A stretch of 64,000 bases of DNA, taken from contig JAIKXH010000161.1 of the NCBI GenBank assembly GCA_024684215.1, forward strand, positions 7,789-71,788. Reading direction: 5' to 3'. The stretch comes from Lachnospiraceae bacterium. Lineage in GTDB: Bacteria > Bacillota > Clostridia > Lachnospirales > Lachnospiraceae. Shown here in pieces: positions 8,332 to 17,430 of the stretch (its first letter is position 1; each line of letters starts with the position of its first letter). Made by a program: the position numbers and the translations under genes. Below the pieces are notes generated by a model, which was given only the letters and a program-made list of their open reading frames with translations, had not been told where the DNA came from and did no database searches.

Positions 8332-9186
8332 TTATTTGGCAGTTTTCTTTTTCCATCTCAAAGTGCTTTCCTCGATCTTTCGAAGTATCACGTCGATCAC
8401 AACACCAATAACACCGATTACTACCATTAATGCAATAAGCTTATCCGACCACAAAAACTCACGCGACTTCATAAGTGCATATCCTAACCCCGTAAGTCCT
8501 CCGAGCATCTCCGCTGCCACTACAGCCATCCATGCGTTTCCTGCTCCCAGTCTCAATCCTGTAAATATTGATGACACCGCTGAGGGAAGTACAACCTTCC
8601 TAAGAAAAACTGCCTTTTTCAGTTCCAGGACTTCCGCAAGTTCGAAATAATCGGCCTGAACACCTTTTATTCCCTGAAGCGTATTTAGATATATGGGAAT
8701 AAGAACGCCTCTTGCTATAATGATTTCTTTTGATACCTCTCCTATGCCAAACCAGAGGATGATTATGGGCATCCATGCATATAGCGGGATTTGTCTTATA
8801 ACATTTATTATCGGTGAAAAAACTCTTTCAGCTACTTTGTTCAGCCCGGAAAACATTCCGAGTATAAGGGCGATACCGGCTCCCCAAAGGTAACCGATAA
8901 GCACCCTTTTCCCGCTTAAAACAAGATCGGCTCCGAGTGATCCGTCCTTTACCATTTCTACAAATGCCTTTACGACCTTTACAGGTGATGGAAGTATCAC
9001 TTCAAGAAGTAATCCCGATCCGGCAAGTATCTGCCATAGTGCCAACAATATAATCGGAACCGCAATGGTATTGAGTAATGCTAAAAGCCTTGGGCCAAAT
9101 TTATTACTGCCTATATCACCGGAGAGCTTTTTCAAAAAAGAATTCCTTTCGTTCTCATTTCCGGTTAATGTCAATTCTCTTGCCAT
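8332..9186 (-). CDS. ABC permease, NitT/TauT (SsuC/TauC-like) family
   Basis: 284-aa ORF with a six-TM BPD_transp_1 layout and an EAA-like loop (FELAEVLELKKAVFLRKVVLP). Confidence 0.85.
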   Translation of the reverse strand: MARELTLTGNENERNSFLKKLSGDIGSNKFGPRLLALLNTIAVPIILLALWQILAGSGLLLEVILPSPVKVVKAFVEMVKDGSLGADLVLSGKRVLIGYLWGAGIALILGMFSGLNKVAERVFSPIINVIRQIPLYAWMPIIILWFGIGEVSKEIIIARGVLIPIYLNTLQGIKGVQADYFELAEVLELKKAVFLRKVVLPSAVSSIFTGLRLGAGNAWMAVVAAEMLGGLTGLGYALMKSREFLWSDKLIALMVVIGVIGVVIDVILRKIEESTLRWKKKTAK

Positions 9187-9212
9187 ACTTCACGTTCCTC
9201 TGCCAAAAAAGT

Positions 9213-10382
9213 TTATTCAAAGAAATTGCTGTTAAAGAATTCCTGCTTATCTACTCTTCCTTCCTCAGTAAACTCCTCGGTGTTCTCAATAAGCCAATTC
9301 TGATAGTTATCGGTATCGTCTATAAGCTGTGACAAAGGTGCAGAGGCAGAGTAGAAGGTCTCCTTACTTCTGTCGTTGTACCAGGCTGTGTTTACAGCGG
9401 GATCTCTTGTAATGGTCTCTATAATCTGTGAAGTCTCCTCCGGATTCTGGATTATATAAGCATTTACAAGCTGTCTAAGCTTTAATACTGCCTTTAAGAT
9501 GTTTACATGGCTGTTTGCAAATTCCGTTGAAGAGAACGTTACCGATGCTCCACCGTAATTTGTATAAACGCCGTTTTCCTTAGCGTTCGCAATCTCACGG
9601 AAATTACCGGATATGATCTCGTTGTTAATATTTGCAAAAGGATGTACAGATATTGCATCTACCTCTCCTGCATCGAGAGCGGTCTTAATATCGCTGTTTG
9701 ATACATTTGCATAAGTCCAATCGGTTCCTTCTACCCATCCAAGGTCAATTGTCTGTTCAATAAGTGCTACGTACTGGCATCCTGCCTTCCAGCTGGCTAT
9801 GGTCTTTCCTTTGAGATCTTCAAGCTTTTGGTAATCGGAGTCCTTTCTGACAAGGATTGTAACTATACCGGGTGAAGGATCCTCAGAAAGCTCTACTGCT
9901 GTTACATCGCCACCCTGTGCTTTATATAGAAGATATGGATAGAGCATACGATTTGTCAGATGAAGCTCGTCTCTTTCCATCAGCTGAACCTCATTTCCGA
10001 CTGTTCCTTCCACTATGGCTACCGATGTGTTATTATCTCCCAAAAGTTTATCGAACCATCCGTTTTTGTCGGATATATACACCCATCCTCCTGAGCCCAG
10101 CTTTAAAGTATCCAGTTTTTCAAATTCGTACTTTTCTTTAAGCTTTGGAATCGCCGCGGTTATAACTCCGAGTGTTACCTTGTCAGATGAAGTTACATTT
10201 CTTTCAATGAGTTCTGCCGCAAGCGCCTCTTCCTCCGAATTGGGTGCTATTACCTCACTTACGATATCTGACTGATTTTTATCTCCTGTTTTCGCAGCTG
10301 TTTTTGCACCGCAGCCGGTAAGTAAAAGTGCCGAAGCAAAGCCGATTGCTGCTATTCGTGTAATAATTTCTTTGTTTTTCAT
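9213..10382 (-). CDS. ABC substrate-binding lipoprotein (NMT1/SsuA-like fold)
   Basis: 389-aa ORF with signal peptide and lipobox LLLTGCGAK. It lies directly upstream of the NitT/TauT permease and ATPase genes. Confidence 0.75.
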   Translation of the reverse strand: MKNKEIITRIAAIGFASALLLTGCGAKTAAKTGDKNQSDIVSEVIAPNSEEEALAAELIERNVTSSDKVTLGVITAAIPKLKEKYEFEKLDTLKLGSGGWVYISDKNGWFDKLLGDNNTSVAIVEGTVGNEVQLMERDELHLTNRMLYPYLLYKAQGGDVTAVELSEDPSPGIVTILVRKDSDYQKLEDLKGKTIASWKAGCQYVALIEQTIDLGWVEGTDWTYANVSNSDIKTALDAGEVDAISVHPFANINNEIISGNFREIANAKENGVYTNYGGASVTFSSTEFANSHVNILKAVLKLRQLVNAYIIQNPEETSQIIETITRDPAVNTAWYNDRSKETFYSASAPLSQLIDDTDNYQNWLIENTEEFTEEGRVDKQEFFNSNFFE

Positions 10383-10403
10383 AATGCTACTCCTTGTTTG
10401 CTA

Positions 10404-11414
10404 TTATTCTTCCTCATCCAATTCCTTAAGAGCTCTCTCCAAAAAGCTCTTGTCAGCCCATTTGCTAACGTCTACTACGGAATCTGTAAAACCATGCTCA
10501 TACAAAAATGTTGCTCTGGTTTGCAAAGACTCCAAGCCTTCACTTGAAAAATTAGGTTCCAACTGCTTATAAAAATCTGCCGGATATGCTCTCCTGTACT
10601 GCTCTACGCTTCCGTGTGTCTGCTCGGCCAACAAAGCCTCCGCTTCATCCTTATTATCTTTAGCCCATCTTGCAGCTCTTATTACCGCCTTTAAATACTC
10701 AATTACAACCTGAGGTTCTTCTTCTGCAAGCTTTCTGCTTACCGTTAAGACGTTCGGCCACTCGTTGTTTACGGGATCAACACTTTTTTGATCCGCTACC
10801 AGGTTAATGAGTTTTCTGTACTTTCCGCTTTCCAGGACTATCTCCGATGCCGAAAGCTTTACAAATACCGCATCGACTCTGCCCTCATCCAGTGCCTCAA
10901 AATCAAGTCCGGGCTTAAATGTCCATTTTGCCGTTCCATCGGGGAAGTCCGGCTTTTCATCAACAATAAACTTCCATTCGACGTCATCCTTTTTTAATCC
11001 CGCATACTCCAAAGCCACTTCAAATCCTTCGATCGTTGCGGTTTTTTGATGATCTATAGTAGCGTTTATTCTGTCGGGAATTCCGATTCTCTTACCTTTT
11101 AGATCTGCCACCGTCTTTATGTCCGAATCGGCTCTGACAACAATTGCCTGCTGCCCGGGGATAAGATTTATTCCGATCAAAACAGGTTCTGCGCCTCTGG
11201 ACTTTGCCCAGATAGGAGGAGTGTTTCCGCCTTCACGGAACAATCTGTCATTCTCGTATGTGAAATGTTCCTTCCAATGTTCCTTTGAAAGAGTTTGAAG
11301 CCTTACCGGAGTGTATCCGATTTTTTTGAGTCCCTCACTAAGAAAACCATGATTAGCTGCAATATATGATGCATTTGCAACAGGGCAAATTGTATAATTG
11401 AATTCTTTAGCCAT
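10404..11414 (-). CDS. cytoplasmic (leaderless) NMT1/THI5/SsuA-like SBP-fold protein
   Basis: 336-aa ORF with an SBP-like sequence (LKGKRIGIP.., VDAVFV..) but no signal peptide or lipobox (starts MAKEFNYTICPVANAS). It is the first gene of the operon, with a strong RBS (AAAAGGAGGA) upstream. Confidence 0.7.
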   Translation of the reverse strand: MAKEFNYTICPVANASYIAANHGFLSEGLKKIGYTPVRLQTLSKEHWKEHFTYENDRLFREGGNTPPIWAKSRGAEPVLIGINLIPGQQAIVVRADSDIKTVADLKGKRIGIPDRINATIDHQKTATIEGFEVALEYAGLKKDDVEWKFIVDEKPDFPDGTAKWTFKPGLDFEALDEGRVDAVFVKLSASEIVLESGKYRKLINLVADQKSVDPVNNEWPNVLTVSRKLAEEEPQVVIEYLKAVIRAARWAKDNKDEAEALLAEQTHGSVEQYRRAYPADFYKQLEPNFSSEGLESLQTRATFLYEHGFTDSVVDVSKWADKSFLERALKELDEEE

Positions 11415-11656
11415 ATGCTTGTCCTCCTTTTTAGTCTGAATCTAATCACTACGCAATTGCTGTTTGATTTGCTTTTTTGAAGATTAACATGCTATAGGTA
11501 TATCCGTCTAATACCTTAAAACTATCATCCATTATAAGTATTGCTTATCGCCATTACTCTGAATTTGCTAAAATATTTATATATCAAAAGAGGTAAAGCA
11601 TGGAACTTATATTGTTTTGGCCCCTTTATAAGCGTGCCCGTAAGTTAATTAGGCGC

Positions 11657-11685
11657 TTGCCGTACTATTTATTTTTGTATATAAT
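11657..11685 (+). promoter_or_regulatory. putative sigma-A promoter for tadA (TTGCCG-17-TATAAT)
   Basis: -35 TTGCCG at 11657-11662, a 17-nt spacer and -10 TATAAT at 11680-11685, about 22 nt upstream of the tadA ATG. Confidence 0.45.
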
Positions 11686-11707
11686 CTTTTTTTAGGAAAG
11701 GTATACG

Positions 11708-12211
11708 ATGACTAAATTAACTATTGATGAAAAATACATGAAAATGGCTATTAAACAGGCCGAGAAAGCCCGCGAACTCGGCGAGGTGCCCATCGGTTGC
11801 GTAATCGTATACGATGGAAAGGTGATCGGAAGAGGATATAACAGAAGAAATACAGACAAAAATACCCTTGCTCATGCAGAGATTACCGCTATCAATAAAG
11901 CCAGCAAGAAAATCGGTGACTGGCGCCTGGAAGATTGCACCCTCTACGTTACGCTGGAGCCTTGTCAGATGTGCTCCGGTGCTATTGTCCAGGCCCGCAT
12001 TCCAAAAGTGGTGATAGGTTGCGACAATCCTAAAGCAGGATGTGCCGGTTCTATCCTAAACATTCTAAATCACCCTGCTTTCAATCATCAGGTTGAAACC
12101 GTCAAAGGTGTACTCGAAGCTGAATGCAGCAAAATGCTGAAAGATTTTTTTTCTGATTTGAGAAAGCGACTGAAAACCGAGCGAGAAGAAAATAAAAAGT
12201 CCGGGCGCTAA
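11708..12211 (+). CDS. tadA: tRNA adenosine(34) deaminase
   Basis: 167-aa ORF with the CDA zinc motifs HAEITAI and PCQMCSGA. Confidence 0.9.
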   Translation: MTKLTIDEKYMKMAIKQAEKARELGEVPIGCVIVYDGKVIGRGYNRRNTDKNTLAHAEITAINKASKKIGDWRLEDCTLYVTLEPCQMCSGAIVQARIPKVVIGCDNPKAGCAGSILNILNHPAFNHQVETVKGVLEAECSKMLKDFFSDLRKRLKTEREENKKSGR

Positions 12212-12278
12212 ATTAAAAGTGCCGGACGTAAAAATTAAAATGTTCGACATATAATTTAAAGTACCGGACGTAAAATAT
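12195..12278. repeat. four degenerate tandem 21-22-bp units (consensus AAAAGTnCCGGaCGTAAAAaTT)
   Basis: The units read aaaagtccgggcgctaaatt / aaaagtgccggacgtaaaaatt / aaaatgttcgacatataattt / aaagtaccggacgtaaaatat. The first unit spans the tadA stop codon. Confidence 0.6.
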
Positions 12279-12301
12279 AAGTGATGAGGGGTTATAAAAT
12301 T

Positions 12302-13231
12302 ATGAAAAAAAGAATTTTATCGGTAATGCTAATACTCGTAATCATGTGTACTATGATTGCCGGCTGTGGCAGGAACAAGGCATCAACCATGCGTATTCTT
12401 CGCTATGAAGGAATCGTAAGACTTCAGGATAGCGGAAAGTACAAAAAGATTAAAGAGGAAATGAGACTCAAAAGCGGTAATTTGCTCTCTACCTATGTTT
12501 ATTCAAGCGCATGCGTCGGTTTGGACGATGAAAAGATTGTGACAATGGATCAAAACAGTGAAGCAGTCTTTAAGCAATCCGGAAAGAAACTTGAGATGGA
12601 TATGACAAAGGGAAGTATGTTCTTTGAGGTAAAGAAGCCTCTCGAAGAGGATGAAGCCTTTGAGATCACTACATCAACCATGATTGTCGGAATCCGAGGT
12701 ACTTCGGGTTATATAGAGATATTAGAGGATGGCAGTGAGAAGCTTATTGTAACCGATGGTTCTGTTCACGTTATTTTAACCAACCCTGTTACCGGAGAGG
12801 TAAAAGAGACTGACGTTAGTGCCGGTCAGGAATTACAGGTATACAGATTCGACGACAGAGAGATCGACAGTATAGATTTCAATCTCGTAGACGTATATAA
12901 TGATATATTCCCCACACTTGCCAGAAACTACATTCTTGAAAATGATGAACTTAAGGAAAAGATATCAGCGGATATCGGTGAGGATAAGCTTGATGAGATC
13001 CTTTGGGATGAAGAAATCGGTTATGAGCCTTCACCGAAATCATACGGATCATATGCAAGCTTGCAGGACGTTGTAACAGCTTTAGAGCAGCTTGAGATGG
13101 TACTCAGAATATCATCGTTTGCGTTAAACAGAGATGCAGAAGGTCTTGAGACATATCTTGAATCCAAGAGCGTTCCCGGGGCCGAATATATAACTGATTT
13201 TGGTATGAGAATCCTAAATTCGATTAAGTAA
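12302..13231 (+). CDS. FecR-domain-like lipoprotein of unknown function
   Basis: The ORF is open from GTG 12281. ATG 12302 (MKKRILSVML..IAGCGRN, lipobox) with GAGGGG upstream is the more likely start. The central region resembles a FecR beta-sandwich (..FEVKKPLEEDEAFEITTSTMIVGIRGTSGYI). Confidence 0.6.
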   Translation: MKKRILSVMLILVIMCTMIAGCGRNKASTMRILRYEGIVRLQDSGKYKKIKEEMRLKSGNLLSTYVYSSACVGLDDEKIVTMDQNSEAVFKQSGKKLEMDMTKGSMFFEVKKPLEEDEAFEITTSTMIVGIRGTSGYIEILEDGSEKLIVTDGSVHVILTNPVTGEVKETDVSAGQELQVYRFDDREIDSIDFNLVDVYNDIFPTLARNYILENDELKEKISADIGEDKLDEILWDEEIGYEPSPKSYGSYASLQDVVTALEQLEMVLRISSFALNRDAEGLETYLESKSVPGAEYITDFGMRILNSIK

Positions 13232-13305
13232 TATCCTGATTTGATATTGCAAAGCATGTGAGTAAGATTACCTTACTGAAAATAATACTTATCAACAACA
13301 CGCAA

Positions 13306-13345
13306 AAATGGCATGGGACAATAAATGTTCCATGCCATTTCTAAT
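13306..13345. terminator. bidirectional intrinsic terminator between convergent genes
   Basis: 11-bp stem aaatggcatgg / ccatgccattt (13306-13316 and 13330-13340), flanked by an A-run upstream and T-rich sequence downstream. It lies between the convergent 13231(+) and 13366(-) gene ends. Confidence 0.6.
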
Positions 13346-13365
13346 AAACAATGTCTTTGAATTAA

Positions 13366-14022
13366 TTAGTTTCCAAATACCTTAAGGTAATCCTTCTGGA
13401 ACTTCTCGATACCCTGATCGGTAAGAGGATGCTTGGTCATCTGCTCGATTACAGAGTAAGGAATGGTTGCAATGTCAGCGCCTGCAAGTGCACAGTCGGT
13501 AACATGGATAGGATTACGGATGGAAGCTGCGATAATCTCGGTCTCATATCCGTAGATAGCGAAGATATCAGCAATCTGTCTGATAAGCTCGATTCCGGGA
13601 GTTGAGATATCATCAAGTCTGCCAAGGAAAGGAGATACATAAGTAGCTCCCGCGTTTGCAGCAAGGATAGCCTGGTTAGCGGAAAAGATAAGAGTAACAT
13701 TAGTCTTGATTCCTTCTGCTGAAAGAACCTTAACAGCCTTAAGTCCTTCAACGGTCATAGGGATCTTAACTACCATGTTCTTGTGAAGCTTTGCAATCTC
13801 GCGGCCTTCCTTGATCATGCCTTCAGCATCAACAGTAGTAGCCTTTACCTCACCTGAGATAGGTCCGTCTACGATAGAAGCGATTTCCTTGAGGATCTCT
13901 TCCTGGGGACGTCCACCTTCTTTAGCGATAAGAGAAGGGTTTGTGGTAACTCCACAGATAACGCCCATGTCATTAGCTTTCTTGATCTCTTCGATCTTTC
14001 CGGTGTCAACGAAAATTTTCAT
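13366..14022 (-). CDS. fructose-6-phosphate aldolase / short transaldolase (TalC/Fsa family)
   Basis: 218-aa ORF starting [23 protein letters not shown], with a catalytic-Lys context VVKIPMT. This is the typical short transaldolase family. Confidence 0.85.
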   Translation of the reverse strand: MKIFVDTGKIEEIKKANDMGVICGVTTNPSLIAKEGGRPQEEILKEIASIVDGPISGEVKATTVDAEGMIKEGREIAKLHKNMVVKIPMTVEGLKAVKVLSAEGIKTNVTLIFSANQAILAANAGATYVSPFLGRLDDISTPGIELIRQIADIFAIYGYETEIIAASIRNPIHVTDCALAGADIATIPYSVIEQMTKHPLTDQGIEKFQKDYLKVFGN

Positions 14023-14121
14023 GATACATCTCCTTCATTAATTTCAATATTGCGCGATGATTCGCGTTTATTTTTCAAGTACATCTCTCATAATAACCAA
14101 ACAATATTGCTTAGTCAAATT

Positions 14122-15618
14122 TTATCTGTAGAACACCTCTCCGAGCATAAGGTCTTTCTTGAAGTCCTTGATATTGGTATTCTTGTCGATAAATACAGCC
14201 TCTATACCCATAGCTGCTGCCCAATCACCCATCTGCTCAGCGGTAACATCGTAAGAGAATGCTGTGTGGTGAGCTCCTCCGGCAAGAAGCCAAGCTTCTG
14301 TTCCGGTGTAGAAATCAGGCTGGGGTGTCCAGAAATTGATAGCGGTAGGAAGCTTAGGAAGAGGCTTTTCTACCTTCTTGCAATCTACATCCTGGATGAT
14401 AAGACGGAATCTGTTACCTAAATCGATAAGTGAAGTTGCAAGTCCGGGTCCAACCTTTGATTGGAATACAAGTCTTGCGGGATCCTCTCTGTCACCCATT
14501 GAGAGAGGCTGACACTTAATCTGAATAGGACCGTCAGCGATGGTAGGACAAATCTCAAGCATGTGTGCCTGGATAATTCCCTCCTTGCCCTTAACGAGAT
14601 TATAGGTATAGTCCTCAAGCATTGAAGTTCCCTTTGCGTCCTTCATTCCATAGCTCATGATCTTCATCAGACGAACCATGGCTGCAACTTTCCAGTCACC
14701 CTCTGCTCCGAAGCCGTAACCCTTTTCCATAAGTCTCTGGATAGCAAGTCCGGGAAGCTGCTTTAAAGCTCCGAGGTCACCAAAGTGAGTAACTATAGCC
14801 TGGTAATTTTTCTCCTTTAGGAATCTTTCAAATCCGAGTTCAATCTGAGCCTGTACCGCTACATGCTTTTTAAACTCCTCGGGGTCTCTTCCCTCAAGGC
14901 AGATGTCATACTTTTCGTAGTACTCGTCAACAAGAGCATTGGTATCTGATGCCGAAACCGCAGCAACTGCCTCTGCAATCTGGTTAACGGGATATGCGTC
15001 TACAGTCCAGCCGAACTTAAGCTGTGCTTCAACCTTATCACCTTCGGTTACAGCTACGTTTCTCATGTTGTCGGCAATACGCATAACACGGATCTTGCTT
15101 GATTCAACAACGCCTACTGCTGTACGCATCCATCCGGCAATTTTTTCCTGAACGGCTTTATCCTTCCAATAGCCTACAACGATCTTTCTCTCAATACGCA
15201 TTCTTGAAAGAATGTGTGCGTACTCTCTGTCTCCGTGAGCAGCCTGATTCTCATTCATGAAATCCATATCCATGGTCTCATAAGGAATCTCTTCATTGTA
15301 CTGAGTGTGAAGATGAAGAAGGGGCTTTCTGAACTCCTGAAGTCCGAAAATCCAGCTCTTTGCAGGTGAGAAGGTATGCATCCAAGTGATAACGCCGGCG
15401 CAGTCCTCGTCATTATTTGCCTCGTTAAAGGTCTTTCTAATCATATCAGCGGTCAAAAGAGTAGGCTTCCAAACCACCTCAAAAGGAAGCACTCCCGATG
15501 CATTAAGGCACTCCACGATTTCCTTTGAATGCTCTGCAACATGCGCAAGGCACTCGTCTCCGTAGAGATCCTGTGATCCGGTACAAAACCAGAACTGATA
15601 TTTCTTAACAGATAACAT
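14122..15618 (-). CDS. araA: L-arabinose isomerase
   Basis: 498-aa ORF with the N-terminus YQFWFCTGSQDLYGDE and overall AraA-like length and sequence. Confidence 0.95.
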   Translation of the reverse strand: MLSVKKYQFWFCTGSQDLYGDECLAHVAEHSKEIVECLNASGVLPFEVVWKPTLLTADMIRKTFNEANNDEDCAGVITWMHTFSPAKSWIFGLQEFRKPLLHLHTQYNEEIPYETMDMDFMNENQAAHGDREYAHILSRMRIERKIVVGYWKDKAVQEKIAGWMRTAVGVVESSKIRVMRIADNMRNVAVTEGDKVEAQLKFGWTVDAYPVNQIAEAVAAVSASDTNALVDEYYEKYDICLEGRDPEEFKKHVAVQAQIELGFERFLKEKNYQAIVTHFGDLGALKQLPGLAIQRLMEKGYGFGAEGDWKVAAMVRLMKIMSYGMKDAKGTSMLEDYTYNLVKGKEGIIQAHMLEICPTIADGPIQIKCQPLSMGDREDPARLVFQSKVGPGLATSLIDLGNRFRLIIQDVDCKKVEKPLPKLPTAINFWTPQPDFYTGTEAWLLAGGAHHTAFSYDVTAEQMGDWAAAMGIEAVFIDKNTNIKDFKKDLMLGEVFYR

Positions 15619-15703
15619 TTTATAATCCTCCTATTGTAAATACCTATTAAATCTTGTTATTTGTTTTTCACTTTTTGCTTAAAGATTATTTGCCCCGAAT
15701 CCT

Positions 15704-15781
15704 CATCTTGTAAATATGGCACTAATTCTTTACTTATAAATGTGACACTAATTCTTTTCTTATATATGTGCCACTAATTCT
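15704..15781. repeat. three tandem 26-bp direct repeats (consensus ttnCTTaTAaATgTGnCACTAATTCT)
   Basis: The units read catcttgtaaatatggcactaattct / ttacttataaatgtgacactaattct / tttcttatatatgtgccactaattct, with an exact 26-nt period. The third unit overlaps the stop and last codons of the kinase gene. The array lies ~85 nt upstream of the araA start. Confidence 0.85.
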
Positions 15782-17372
15782 CAATAGCCTTGCAGATTTC
15801 CTTCTGTGCGGGAATTGCCTTTACGTAAGTCTCGATATACTTATCAAATCCCTGTACATCTGCTGCGGCAGGATTCATTACGCTGCCCTTTTCGCCGTGG
15901 AATACTTTGTCAGAAAGGTATTTGTCCAGAGCCTCTCCGTCGCCCTTGTTTATCATGTAGGATGCAAGAAGAGCCATTCCCCAAGGTCCGCCCTCTCCGG
16001 CTGTCTCCATTACCGCTACGGGAGCGTTCATGGCTGCGGCAAGGATGCTCTGTCCTACGCCCTTAGTCTTGAACAATCCGCCGTGACCGTAGATGGTATC
16101 AACCTTTACCTTCTCTTCTTTGAAGAGGATGTCGCAGCCTATCTTTAAAGTTGCAAGAGATGCATAAAGATGGGTTCTGATAAAGTTTGCAAGGTTCATG
16201 TTTGCGTCAGATTTTCTGGCAAACATAGGTCTTCCTTCATCGGTTCCGATAACAGGCTCTCCTGAAAGAGTATTAAATGCAAGAAGTCCTCCGCAATCCT
16301 TCTCTCCCTTTAAAGCGTTGTTATAGAGCATACCGTAGATTGTATTGAGGCTTACATCCATTCCGAACATATCGGCAAACTCTTTGAAAAGTCCGACCCA
16401 TGCATTTAAGTCCGAAGTACAGTTGTTGCAATGAACCATTGCAACCGCAGGGCCTGCGGGAGTGGTTACAAGGTCAAGTTCCTCGTGAACTTTCTTTAAA
16501 TCCTCCTCAAGTACTACCATTGCAAATACGCTGGTGCCGGCTGAAACATTACCGGTTCTTACTGCTACGGAATTGGTAGCCACCATACCGGTTCCTGCAT
16601 CTCCCTCGGGAGGAGCGATAGGAACACCGGCCTTAAGATTACCTGATACATCAAGCTTTTTAGCACCTTCCTCGGTGAGCTTTCCGGCATTCTCGCCGGC
16701 AACAAGTACCTTGGGAAGTATCTCTCTGATGTTCCAGGGAAGATTTTTAACATTGTCAAGTGCTGCGAATTTATCAAGCATCTCGCTGTTGTAATCGCAC
16801 TTTGCGGAATCGATGGGGAACATACCGGAAGCCTCTCCGATACCCATAACCCTCTCACCTGTCATTTGCCAATGGATATATCCGGCAAGTGTGGTGAAAT
16901 AATCGATCTTATCGATATGTTCCTCACCGTTTAATATAGCCTGATAGAGGTGAGCAATGCTCCAGCGCTGAGGAATATTGAATCCGAGCAGATTGGTAAG
17001 CTCTTTTGCGGCCTGTCCGGTGATGGTATTTCTCCAGGTTCTGAAGGGTGTCAGAAGATTTCCCTCTTTGTCAAAGGGCATATATCCATGCATCATTCCG
17101 GAAAATCCGATTGCCGCAAGGTCTGTGATTTCGATGTCGTATCTTTCTTTTACATCTTTACGAAGATTTGAATAACAATCCTGTAATCCATTCCAGATAT
17201 CATCCAAGGAGTATGTCCACACTCCGTTTTCAAGGCGGTTTTGCCACTCGTGATCGCCGGTAGCGATAGGAGCATGATCCTCGCCTATGAGTACTCCCTT
17301 AATTCTGGTAGATCCAAACTCGATTCCGAGAACGGCTTTTCCGCTCTCAATGCATTCTTTTGCACTGTTCAT
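15774..17372 (-). CDS. FGGY-family pentulose kinase, probably L-ribulokinase
   Basis: 532-aa ORF with the FGGY N-terminal phosphate-1 motif ([14 protein letters not shown]) and a C-terminal GHGGLFK motif. It lies immediately upstream of araA. Confidence 0.75.
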   Translation of the reverse strand: MNSAKECIESGKAVLGIEFGSTRIKGVLIGEDHAPIATGDHEWQNRLENGVWTYSLDDIWNGLQDCYSNLRKDVKERYDIEITDLAAIGFSGMMHGYMPFDKEGNLLTPFRTWRNTITGQAAKELTNLLGFNIPQRWSIAHLYQAILNGEEHIDKIDYFTTLAGYIHWQMTGERVMGIGEASGMFPIDSAKCDYNSEMLDKFAALDNVKNLPWNIREILPKVLVAGENAGKLTEEGAKKLDVSGNLKAGVPIAPPEGDAGTGMVATNSVAVRTGNVSAGTSVFAMVVLEEDLKKVHEELDLVTTPAGPAVAMVHCNNCTSDLNAWVGLFKEFADMFGMDVSLNTIYGMLYNNALKGEKDCGGLLAFNTLSGEPVIGTDEGRPMFARKSDANMNLANFIRTHLYASLATLKIGCDILFKEEKVKVDTIYGHGGLFKTKGVGQSILAAAMNAPVAVMETAGEGGPWGMALLASYMINKGDGEALDKYLSDKVFHGEKGSVMNPAAADVQGFDKYIETYVKAIPAQKEICKAIEN

Positions 17373-17430
17373 TATGTTGCCTCCGTAAAAATTGAAACTT
17401 ATATTTCTTTAGTATTTAAATTAGTCTTTA

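Noticed and set aside
11415-11707. Possible SAM-I riboswitch suggested by ..tatcaaaagaggtaaagca..ggcccc.. on the plus strand
   Set aside because: It is on the wrong strand for the sulfur operon, and it lies upstream of tadA, which has no reason to carry an S-box. The conserved GAGGGA, GCAACC and GGTGCTAA cores are absent on both strands.
12212-12301. SRP/4.5S (scr) RNA, which follows tadA in Bacillus subtilis
   Set aside because: The spacer is only ~90 nt and consists of the 21-bp tandem units. There is no SRP domain IV-like helix or GGAA/GNAR tetraloop motif.
14050-14085. Short cgcga-tgat-tcgcg hairpin between araA and the Fsa gene as a terminator
   Set aside because: The stem is only 5 bp and the T-run lies on the plus (antisense) strand, so it is not convincing for the minus-strand operon.
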